Shown one piece after another: positions 8,495 to 15,494 of a stretch of DNA of 32,000 nt. The stretch's first letter is position 1; every line of letters begins with the position of its first letter. Under the pieces are notes generated by a model. That model made no database searches and was not told the DNA's origin. It worked only from the letters and a program-made list of their open reading frames with translations. The DNA comes from Phycisphaera mikurensis NBRC 102666 (GTDB lineage Bacteria; Planctomycetota; Phycisphaerae; Phycisphaerales; Phycisphaeraceae): contig NC_017080.1 in assembly GCF_000284115.1 (NCBI RefSeq), forward strand, positions 540,001 to 572,000, written 5' to 3'. A program made the translations under genes and the position numbers.

Positions 8495-9400
8495 ATGCCC
8501 ACCACCCTCTCCTTCACCGACTCGACGCCTCTGCTCGGCGACCGCGAGGCGCTCCGCGCCCGCGCCGACGGGGACGGCTACCTCTTCTTCGCCGGCCGGC
8601 TGCCCGCGGAGCCGCTGCTCTGCCTCCGCCGCAAGATTCTGGAGATCGTCGGCCGCCACGGCTTGCTCGATCCCGAGCGTGGCGGCGAGGGCTTCGCCCA
8701 CGTGGAGAAGCTCCGTGGGCTGGAGCTGCCCGGCGGCTGCACCGAGGGCATCTACCGCGACGTGCAGCGGCTGGAGTCCTTCCACACGCTGGCCCACCAC
8801 CGCGGTCTGCTGGAGATCTTTGAGACGCTCTTCGAGGGCCCGGTGCTCCCGCACCCGCGGAACATCGCCCGCGTGCTGCTGCCGGCGCCCGACGCCGCGG
8901 CCACCCCGCCCCACCAGGACTTCATCCACGTCCAGGGTGCGACCGAGACCTGGACCGCCTGGTTCCCGCTGGGCGACTGCCCCCGGGAACTCGGCGGGCT
9001 CAGCGTCCTGGAGAAAAGCCACAAGAAGGGCGTGCTCGCCGTGGGGGACGCCGCGGGCGCCGGCGGCTTGGGCACGATCCTCTGCCGCGGCGAGGACACC
9101 TGGCTGGAGCACGATTACGCCGTCGGCGACGTCCTGACCTTCCCGAGCACCACCGTCCACCGCGGCCTTCCCAACCGCCTGCCCGGCCGCATCCGCCTCT
9201 CCTGCGACCTCCGCTACCAGGACGCTTACGACGAGATCGAGCAGAAGTCGCTCGAACCCCACCGCAACATCCTCACCTGGCACGAGGTCTACGCCGGCTG
9301 GAGTAGCGACCGCTACCAGCGATACTGGGAGGACCTGGAGCTGATGATCTCCCCCTGGGACGAGTCGATCCGCTGGCAGAAGGAGCGCATCTGCGACTGA
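8495..9400 (+). CDS. Phytanoyl-CoA dioxygenase (PhyH) family Fe(II)/2-oxoglutarate oxygenase
   Basis: Same frame as track ORF 7217..9400. ATG 8495 has GGAGA 5 nt upstream. HQDFIH (H-x-D) plus the distal STTVHRG His match the 2-His-1-carboxylate facial triad of the PhyH fold. Confidence 0.7.
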   Translation: MPTTLSFTDSTPLLGDREALRARADGDGYLFFAGRLPAEPLLCLRRKILEIVGRHGLLDPERGGEGFAHVEKLRGLELPGGCTEGIYRDVQRLESFHTLAHHRGLLEIFETLFEGPVLPHPRNIARVLLPAPDAAATPPHQDFIHVQGATETWTAWFPLGDCPRELGGLSVLEKSHKKGVLAVGDAAGAGGLGTILCRGEDTWLEHDYAVGDVLTFPSTTVHRGLPNRLPGRIRLSCDLRYQDAYDEIEQKSLEPHRNILTWHEVYAGWSSDRYQRYWEDLELMISPWDESIRWQKERICD

Positions 9401-9468
9401 TCCCGCGGGGCGGACGCCCGCCGTCACGCCGCGGCAGGGGAGGTCCCGGCGGCGCAGCCCCGGCGTGG

Positions 9469-10317
9469 TCAGCCGGCGTCCGCCGCGGCATCGCCCCGGA
9501 GCGGGCGGCGGAGGGCGCAGACCGCCAGGCCGAGCAGGCCGGTGACCGCGGCGGCGGGGGTGGGCACGGCCACCGGGTCGGGGACGCCGCCGCCGCCGCC
9601 GCCGCCGCCGTCGACCGGGACGTCCACCCCGCCGTCGTCCACCGCGTCGTTGCCGTCGCCGTCCACCGCCACGCGGGCCACGGAGTGGATGAGCACGAAC
9701 TCGTCGGGGCCGAGCTCGGGCGTCACGCCGTCCTCGAACGCGAAGTCCCGCAGCGGCAGCTCGCCGAAGGGGGCACCGCCTCGGAAGGTCGGCACGCCCG
9801 CGATCTGGTCGAGGATCGACAGCCCGGTGTCGTCGGCGACCTCGCCGAAGACGGTGAAGCCGCCGTCGACGCCGTCGAGGAAGCCGTTGTCCTTGAGGTT
9901 GAAGAAGAACTGGTTGGTGCCGCTGTCCTCCTGGCCGCCGACGCGCGCGAGGGCGAGCGTGCCGCGCGTGTTGGAGATGCCGGGCTCGTTGGCGACGGGC
10001 CCCCGGTTGGGGACGCTGCCCAGGTCGAAGGGCGTGGAGACGGGCTCGCCGTCGTAGCGGAAGGCCCCGCCCTGCACCACGAACTCGCGTCCCTGGTCGT
10101 CCTCGGCCGCCCGGTGGAAGATCGTGCCGTCGTACTCGCCCGCGTCCACGTACCCGAGGAAGTTCGCGACGTGGCCCGGGGTCGCTTCATCGAAGAGGTC
10201 CACGTCGAAGGAGCCGAAGACCGTGTCGAAGCGCACGGTCTCGGCGGCGGCCGGCGAAGCGGCGGCGAGAAGAGCGGCCAGAGCGGGCGCGGCGGCGGTG
10301 AGGCGGGCGAGGGGCAT
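9469..10317 (-). CDS. Secreted cyclophilin-type peptidyl-prolyl isomerase with Gly8 run and PEP-CTERM-like C-terminal anchor
   Basis: Same frame as track ORF 9469..10575. ATG 10317 gives signal peptide MPLARLTAAAPALAALLAAASPAAA. Cyclophilin blocks present: FHRAAEDDQGREFVVQGGAF, GTLALARVGGQEDSGTNQFFFNL, FTVFGEV. The tail is VDGGGGGGGGVPDPVAVPTPAAAVTGLLGLAVCALRRP. Confidence 0.85.
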   Translation of the reverse strand: MPLARLTAAAPALAALLAAASPAAAETVRFDTVFGSFDVDLFDEATPGHVANFLGYVDAGEYDGTIFHRAAEDDQGREFVVQGGAFRYDGEPVSTPFDLGSVPNRGPVANEPGISNTRGTLALARVGGQEDSGTNQFFFNLKDNGFLDGVDGGFTVFGEVADDTGLSILDQIAGVPTFRGGAPFGELPLRDFAFEDGVTPELGPDEFVLIHSVARVAVDGDGNDAVDDGGVDVPVDGGGGGGGGVPDPVAVPTPAAAVTGLLGLAVCALRRPLRGDAAADAG

Positions 10318-10455
10318 GCAGGCTCCAAGGGTCGAGAAATCGATCGCCCAGCGGCGACCGGATCGCGCCAAGCTACACGCTCCCGGCCGCGGTGGCGCGG
10401 GAAAACCCGGAAAGCGGCTTCCGTCGCTCACCCCACGCGGCGTCGCGACCCGGAT

Positions 10456-10501
10456 CCGCGGACCGTCGGGCTCCGGCGGCGGTTTCGGCCGCGGTCCGCG
10501 G
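10456..10501. repeat. GC hairpin element: CCGCGGACCG-N26-CGGTCCGCGG (family copy A, intergenic)
   Basis: Perfect 10-bp arms at 10456..10465 and 10492..10501. The reverse complement shares CCCGCGGACCGCG ... GCCGGAGCCC-NA-CGGTCCGCGG with copy B at 25115..25160. Lies 94 nt downstream of the amidase stop on the minus strand. Confidence 0.7.
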
Positions 10502-10594
10502 GCTCCCGGCCGGGCTCCGGGACGGCCGCCGCGCCGGGGAAGCCGGAGCCGCGAGCTCGCGCCGCGTGGCGCCACCCGCTCCGCGGCGAGCCGT

Positions 10595-11365
10595 TCAGGC
10601 CCGCCCGCTGCGGGCGAGCACCATGTGCCGCTGCAGGCTCCGCCCCGGGCACGCGGTCGGGTTGAGCTCCTGGTGCGTGTGGATGCGGCTCATCGGCACC
10701 CGCCCGGCGGCGGCGAGGCTGGTGAGCGCCGCGTGGAGGGCGTTGAGCTGGGCGGCGGCGGGTGCCTGCTCGTCGAAGTTGCCCAGGACGCAGACGCCGA
10801 CGTTGTGCTCGTTGTTCTCGGCGGCGTGGGCGCCCTGGTAGCGGACGTCGCGGCAGGCGAGCACGCGGCCGCCGCGGTCGACGGCGAAGTGGTAGCCGAT
10901 GTCGGCCCAGCCCCGCTTGAGGTGGCCCTCGCGGATCGACTCGAGCATGTCCGCCGTCTCGTTCGCCGAGGTGCCCCGCATCGCCATCGCGGAGTGGTGG
11001 ACGGTGATGCGGCTCACGCCGTTCATCGCTCTGACGTTGGTGCCCGGGGCGGCGCGGGTCCAGCTTGAACGCGGGGTGACCGCCATCGACACCGGCAGGG
11101 CCGGCGCCGCCGCGGCCGGCGGGGGCGGGGCGGGCCTCACGACGCGCACCGGGGCCGCCGGCCGCGGCGGGGCGGGGTAGCCGGTGGAGGCGCCCGGGCC
11201 GGTGCCCGCGGCGCTCTGCGGCGTCGCGTAGTAGGCGGGAACGGCGCCGACGCACCCGGGCAGCCACGCGGCGCCGAGCGCGGCGAGGCCGCCGCCGAGC
11301 CCGACGCGCAGCGCGCGGCGGCGGGAGATCGCGTCGGCGGAGGGTTCGGGGGGCGTGTGGGACAT
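10595..11365 (-). CDS. N-acetylmuramoyl-L-alanine amidase (amidase_2/PGRP fold) with twin-arginine signal
   Basis: Same frame as track ORF 10595..11470. ATG 11365 gives MSHTPPEPSADAISRRRALRVGLGGGLAALGAAWLPGC (Tat-like RRR motif). Amidase_2 blocks present: ITVHHSA, GWADIGYHFAVDRGG, NVGVCVLGNF, HTHQELNPTACPG. Confidence 0.8.
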   Translation of the reverse strand: MSHTPPEPSADAISRRRALRVGLGGGLAALGAAWLPGCVGAVPAYYATPQSAAGTGPGASTGYPAPPRPAAPVRVVRPAPPPPAAAAPALPVSMAVTPRSSWTRAAPGTNVRAMNGVSRITVHHSAMAMRGTSANETADMLESIREGHLKRGWADIGYHFAVDRGGRVLACRDVRYQGAHAAENNEHNVGVCVLGNFDEQAPAAAQLNALHAALTSLAAAGRVPMSRIHTHQELNPTACPGRSLQRHMVLARSGRA

Positions 11366-11522
11366 CGGGAAGTCGTTATCGGGCCGCGGCCGCGTCGGGC
11401 TCCGCAAGCCGTGCGCTCCGCGCGCCGCGGGCGCCGGGCACAGTGTCGCGACGCGGCGACGCGGAGGCAAACGGCCGGCGGGGGCGCCCGCCGCGCCGCC
11501 CGCGCCCCGCCGCGCCCGGGCG

Positions 11523-12242
11523 TCAGACGTCCGCGGGGGGCTCGCCCGCCGGATCCGCGGCGGCCGCTGCCGGGTCCGCGGCGGCCGCCGCCGCGGCGCG
11601 CCGCCCGCTCCCGCCGCGGGGGTGCCGCTTGAAGACCCGCTGAAAGAAGAGGTTGTTGGGCACCTGGAACGTCGCGCCCTCCCCGTCGAGCAGCGTGGTG
11701 TGGGTGAGATTCACCGCGAGCACGCGCCCGCGGATCGGATCCGGCGGGAGCTCGATCTCATCGCCCACGCGGAACGGCCGGTTGGCGAGCAGGATCAGCG
11801 AGCAGAGCACGTTGGACAGCACCGACCACACGGCGAAGAAGCCGATGGCCACGAGCGTGACGGCCCCGACGATCGCGGCCCAGAAGTTCTCGAGCACGCC
11901 CCAGCGGGCGGCGACGGCGGCGAGGACGAGGACGACCGTCACCCACCGCAGGAACGTGCGCAGCGTCACGCCGACGGACTCGTCGAGGTGCGTGCGTTGC
12001 ACCATCGCGGCGATGCCGCGGGAGGCGAGGCGGTAGCCGAAGGTGGCCGCGGCCAGGATCACCAGCGTCGAGAGCACCTCCGGCACGGAGGAGACCGCTT
12101 CGCGGGCCCACCGCTCCGCCGCGTGGGAGACGGTGCCCGCGTGCTCGATCAGCTCCGAGGAGACGCCTTCGACGACGGTGGCCGCGTCGGTGGCGGCGTG
12201 CGCTTCGGGTTCGGGAGAGCGTGAAAAGGCGTTCTGCGGCAT
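11523..12242 (-). CDS. Small-conductance mechanosensitive channel (MscS family)
   Basis: Same frame as track ORF 11523..12749. ATG at 12242..12240 shares one base with the upstream TGA. Three TM helices are followed by LLANRPFRVGDEIEL...GRVLAVNLTHTTLLDGEGATFQVPNNLFFQ, matching the MscS beta-domain signature. Ala-rich C-terminal tail. Confidence 0.7.
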   Translation of the reverse strand: MPQNAFSRSPEPEAHAATDAATVVEGVSSELIEHAGTVSHAAERWAREAVSSVPEVLSTLVILAAATFGYRLASRGIAAMVQRTHLDESVGVTLRTFLRWVTVVLVLAAVAARWGVLENFWAAIVGAVTLVAIGFFAVWSVLSNVLCSLILLANRPFRVGDEIELPPDPIRGRVLAVNLTHTTLLDGEGATFQVPNNLFFQRVFKRHPRGGSGRRAAAAAAADPAAAAADPAGEPPADV

Positions 12243-12904
12243 CAGCTTCCTCGGTCGGGTTCGGCGGGGGCGTCGAAGAGGGCCTCGGCCCGGCCGACGA
12301 GCCAGGCGGCGAAGGCGGCTTTGGTCATCGGCCCCGGCCGCTCGCGGTGCCCGCCGGCGTGCAGGAGCACCGCGTCGACGCCGGCGGAGCCGAGCGTCGC
12401 CACCGGGTTCGCGACGGCGGCGTCGACGCCCTTGGCGGCGAGCTTCGCCGCGGCGCGCGTCTCCAGCTGCTCGGCCTCCTCGAGGCTGAACGAGACGATC
12501 CGCTGGCCCGGCCCGCGCCGGGCGGCGCAGGCGGCGACGAGGTCGGGCACGGCCTCGAGGTCCAGCGTGAGCCGGCCCGCCCGCGGCAGCTTCCCGGCGG
12601 CGGGCGCGGCGGGGCGGTGGTCGGCGACGGCGGCGGCCATAACGAGCAGCTCGCAGGCGGGGAAGCGTGCCGCGAGGGCCGCTTCGAGGTCCAGGGAGGA
12701 GCCGAACCGGTGGACGTCGAGGCCGGTCCGCGCCGCGGGTGCCGGGCACGGCGGGCCCAGCAGCAGCGTGACGCGGTGGCCGGCGTCGGCGGCGGCGGCG
12801 GCGATGGCGGTGCCCATGCCGCCGGTGCTGCGGTTGGACAGCACCCGGACCGCGTCGATCGGCTCCCAGGTGGGGCCGGCCGTGACCAGCACGCGGCGTC
12901 TCAA
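12242..12904 (-). CDS. coaB: Phosphopantothenate--cysteine ligase, stand-alone CoaB domain
   Basis: C-terminal part of track ORF 12242..13957: VLVTAGPTWEPIDAVRVLSNRSTGGMGTAIA...MAAAVADHRP matches the CoaB half of Dfp/CoaBC. The upstream part of the track ORF is an Arg-rich shadow of the M16 gene, so no CoaC flavoprotein domain is present. Start is either TTG 12904 (TTGA overlap with the M16 stop) or GTG 12892. Confidence 0.75.
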   Translation of the reverse strand: MRRRVLVTAGPTWEPIDAVRVLSNRSTGGMGTAIAAAAADAGHRVTLLLGPPCPAPAARTGLDVHRFGSSLDLEAALAARFPACELLVMAAAVADHRPAAPAAGKLPRAGRLTLDLEAVPDLVAACAARRGPGQRIVSFSLEEAEQLETRAAAKLAAKGVDAAVANPVATLGSAGVDAVLLHAGGHRERPGPMTKAAFAAWLVGRAEALFDAPAEPDRGS

Positions 12905-14187
12905 GCCGGGGCCGCCGCGGCGGCGACTCCGGCCGGTGCGGGCTCGCCCGGAGCGTCGAGGGCCCGCGGGCCGAGCGTGACGATCGTCATCGCCTCGGGG
13001 CCCGGGGCGTTCGCGTCGAGGAAGTCCCGCAGCCGCCCGGGGGTCACCGCCGCGACCTCCTCCACCCGCTCCGCGAGCGTGCGCGGGCGGCCGTGCACGG
13101 CGACGTCGAAGGACAGCGACGAAGCCCGGGCCGACGTGCTCTCGCCGGACATCACCAGCCTGCTCTTCATCCCGACCATCGCGCGGCGGAACTCGTCGCC
13201 GCCGACCGGCTCGGCGTGCAGCCGCCGCAGCTCGTGGACCAGCACGTCGAGCGTCTCCTGCGCCCGCGGGGCGGTGGTGCCCGCGTACGCGTAGACCCCG
13301 CCGCGGTCGGCGTGCCCGCCGTAGCCGGCGTACACGCTGTAGCAGAGGCCACGCTTCTCTCGGACCTCGGTGAAGAGCCGGCCGGACATGCCGCCGGAGA
13401 GGACCGCCACCGCCGCCTTCTGCAGCACCGCGTCGGGGTGGTTGGCGGGCACGGCGTCCCACCGCAGCGCGATGTGCACCTGCTCGCTGGGGTCCTGCAC
13501 GTGGTGCTGCGCGGGCACGGGCGTCGGGCCCACCTCGTACCCGGCCGGGGCGGAGGCCGCCGACCAGCCGGCGGTAAGGCGTTCGGCGGCGGCGAAGAAA
13601 GCCTCGGGATCGACCGCCCCCGCGACCGCGAGCACCGAACCGGCGGGCCCGGCGTGCGCCGCCCAAAAAGCCCGGGCGTCCGCGGCGGTCAGGGCCGCGA
13701 GCCCCGCCCGCGTGCCCTCGGGGTGGCGGTCCAGCGGGGCGGGCAGGTGCCGGGCCGACAGCTCGATCATCGCCCGCTCCTGCGGCTCGTCCTCGAGCGC
13801 GTCGAGGCTCTGCGTCTGCAGGTCGCGGCACGGCCCGAACTGGGCGTCGTCGAGGTGCGGCGCGGTGACGGTGTCCAGCAGCGGGGCCAGGGCCTCGTCG
13901 AGGTTGACGCCGAGCATCACGGCGTCGAGCTCGAAGTCGCGGCTGCTCGACCCGCACCCGCGGCGGACGCCCAGCCGGTCGAGCGCCTCGGCGTGGGCCC
14001 GCGCGTCCAGCCCGCCCGCTCCGCGGCAGAGGAACTCGCCCATCAGCGGCGCCACGCCCTGCCGGTCCTCGGGCTGGTGGACCTCGCCCGCGGGCACCCG
14101 CAGCGACACCGCGGCCGACGCCGCGCCGGCCATGGGCTCGGCGAGGACGATCAGGCCCGAGGCGGTGGTGTGGGCGTGGATCGGCAC
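12901..14187 (-). CDS. M16 (pitrilysin/insulinase) family protein lacking the HxxEH zinc motif (probable non-catalytic M16B-type subunit)
   Basis: Same frame as track ORF 12901..15357. Start placed at GTG 14187 ((M)PIHAHTTASGLIVLAEPMAGAASAAVSLRV...). Where active M16 enzymes have HxxEH the sequence reads GVAPLMGEFLCRGAGG. C-terminal M16 blocks present: GGMSGRLFTEVREKRGLCYSVYA. Confidence 0.75.
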   Translation of the reverse strand: MPIHAHTTASGLIVLAEPMAGAASAAVSLRVPAGEVHQPEDRQGVAPLMGEFLCRGAGGLDARAHAEALDRLGVRRGCGSSSRDFELDAVMLGVNLDEALAPLLDTVTAPHLDDAQFGPCRDLQTQSLDALEDEPQERAMIELSARHLPAPLDRHPEGTRAGLAALTAADARAFWAAHAGPAGSVLAVAGAVDPEAFFAAAERLTAGWSAASAPAGYEVGPTPVPAQHHVQDPSEQVHIALRWDAVPANHPDAVLQKAAVAVLSGGMSGRLFTEVREKRGLCYSVYAGYGGHADRGGVYAYAGTTAPRAQETLDVLVHELRRLHAEPVGGDEFRRAMVGMKSRLVMSGESTSARASSLSFDVAVHGRPRTLAERVEEVAAVTPGRLRDFLDANAPGPEAMTIVTLGPRALDAPGEPAPAGVAAAAAPA

Positions 14188-14216
14188 GGGGGCAGCGTAA
14201 GCGGCGGCTGGCGGGG

Positions 14217-14416
14217 GAAGCGAAGAAGCGAAGAAGCGGGGAGGCGAAGAAGCGGGGAAGCGAAGAAGCGAAGAAGCGAAGAAGTGAAGAAGTGAAGAAG
14301 CGGGGAAGCGAAGAAGCGAAGAAGCGGGGAAGTGAAGAAGTGAAGAAGTGAAGAAGTGAAGAAGTGAAGAAGTGAAGAAGCGGAGAAGGGGGGAAGTGGA
14401 GAGGTGGGGGGCGGGG
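14217..14416. repeat. 8-bp tandem array, 25 units (200 bp), consensus GAAGYGRR; almost pure polypurine on + strand
   Basis: Read directly in register from 14217: gaagcgaa x2, gaagcggg, gaggcgaa, gaagcggg, gaagcgaa x3, gaagtgaa x2, gaagcggg, gaagcgaa x2, gaagcggg, gaagtgaa x6, gaagcgga, gaaggggg, gaagtgga, gaggtggg, gggcgggg. Lies in the divergent region between the M16 start (14187, -) and the DMT gene (+). Confidence 0.9.
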
Positions 14417-14628
14417 GTGGGCTGTGGTGGCCGATTTGTTTGTGGTGTGTTGCTCGGAGCTCTTGCTCTTCGCCGCTGGCCCGCTCGTAGGCTCCGCGCA
14501 TCTTCGCCCTCGGCACGCTCTTCGGACTCGCCTCCGCCTGGGGCCACAGCCTCGCCTACCTCGCGTCGCGCTCTTTCACGGCGGAGCGGCCGGGTGCCCC
14601 CAAGCGGGGGAACGCGTTCGAGCTGCTG

Positions 14629-15462
14629 GTGATGGCGCACGTGCCGCTGGGGGTCCTCGCGGCGGCGGTGCTGGCGGCCACCTGGGACGCGGAGGCGATC
14701 GGGGCGGCGTGGCCGTCGCTGCTGCTGGCGTTCGGCTGCTTCTTCGTGGCGCAGGGGGCGCTGTTCTCGGCGCTGCGGCGGGTGGAGGCGTCGACGGTCG
14801 CGCCGCTGCTGTCGGTGAAGATCGCGACGCTGGCGGCCGCGTCCTGGGCGGTGCAGGGGGTGGCGGTGACGCCGCTGGGTTTCCTGGCGATCGGCCTGGC
14901 GGTGGGCGGCGCTGCGGTGGTGGGCGGCGTGGGCGAGCGGCCGGACGCGCGGTCGCTGGGGCTGATCTTCCTGGCGATCGCGGGCTACACGGGCTGCGAC
15001 ATGGGCATCGTCCGCACCATCGAGCGGATGCTCGCGGCCACGGGCCCCGACGGGACCGGCGGCGGCGACCGCCTCCGGGCGGCGATGCGTGCCGCGGGCG
15101 TGCTGTACAGCGGCTTCGGCCTCGTCGCCCTTGCGCTGCTCCCCGGGGTGCTGCGGCGGCGGGCCGCCCGGCCCCGCTGGGGCGGGGCGCTGGCCTACGC
15201 GGCGTGCTGGGCGCTCGCCATGGCGACGCTGTTCTCGGCCTTCTCGCTGCTCTCGGTCGTGCTCGTGGTGATCCTGCAGAGCACCCGCTCGCTGTGGTCG
15301 GTGCTGCTCGGCGGCCTGCTCGGACGCCTCGGGCTCGGCCACCTCGAGACCAATCACTCCAACGGCGCCCTGGCGGTGCGGCTGCTGGGGGCGGCGGCGC
15401 TCGTGCTGGCGGTCGGCCTCTACGCCTGGGGCGGGTCGGCCCCCCCCGCGGGCGCCGGCTGA
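14629..15462 (+). CDS. DMT-superfamily (EamA-like) integral membrane transporter; the true N-terminus probably lies upstream (see finding)
   Basis: ORF track 14629..15462 (GTG, with ATG at 14632). About 9 hydrophobic helices are visible. In-frame upstream codons 14491..14628 encode a further TM-like segment (IFALGTLFGLASAWGHSLAYLASRSF) but contain no ATG, GTG or TTG. Confidence 0.6.
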   Translation: MMAHVPLGVLAAAVLAATWDAEAIGAAWPSLLLAFGCFFVAQGALFSALRRVEASTVAPLLSVKIATLAAASWAVQGVAVTPLGFLAIGLAVGGAAVVGGVGERPDARSLGLIFLAIAGYTGCDMGIVRTIERMLAATGPDGTGGGDRLRAAMRAAGVLYSGFGLVALALLPGVLRRRAARPRWGGALAYAACWALAMATLFSAFSLLSVVLVVILQSTRSLWSVLLGGLLGRLGLGHLETNHSNGALAVRLLGAAALVLAVGLYAWGGSAPPAGAG

Positions 15463-15494
15463 ACCCGGCCGCCGATCGAGCCGATCTCCACGGC

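Noticed and set aside
12242-13957. 571-aa ORF as a full-length CoaBC (Dfp) fusion
   Set aside because: Only the last ~220 aa look like CoaB. The upstream ~350 aa are Arg-rich low-complexity sequence lying out of frame over the M16-like gene, and no flavoprotein (CoaC) motifs are present.
14151-14516. 121-aa minus-strand ORF with SSLLHFFT repeats, and the same repeat region within ORF 12901..15357
   Set aside because: It is a translation of the 8-bp x 3 = 24-bp periodicity of the polypurine array. No start context or domain is present, and the M16-like protein has a sensible family-typical N-terminus starting at GTG 14187.
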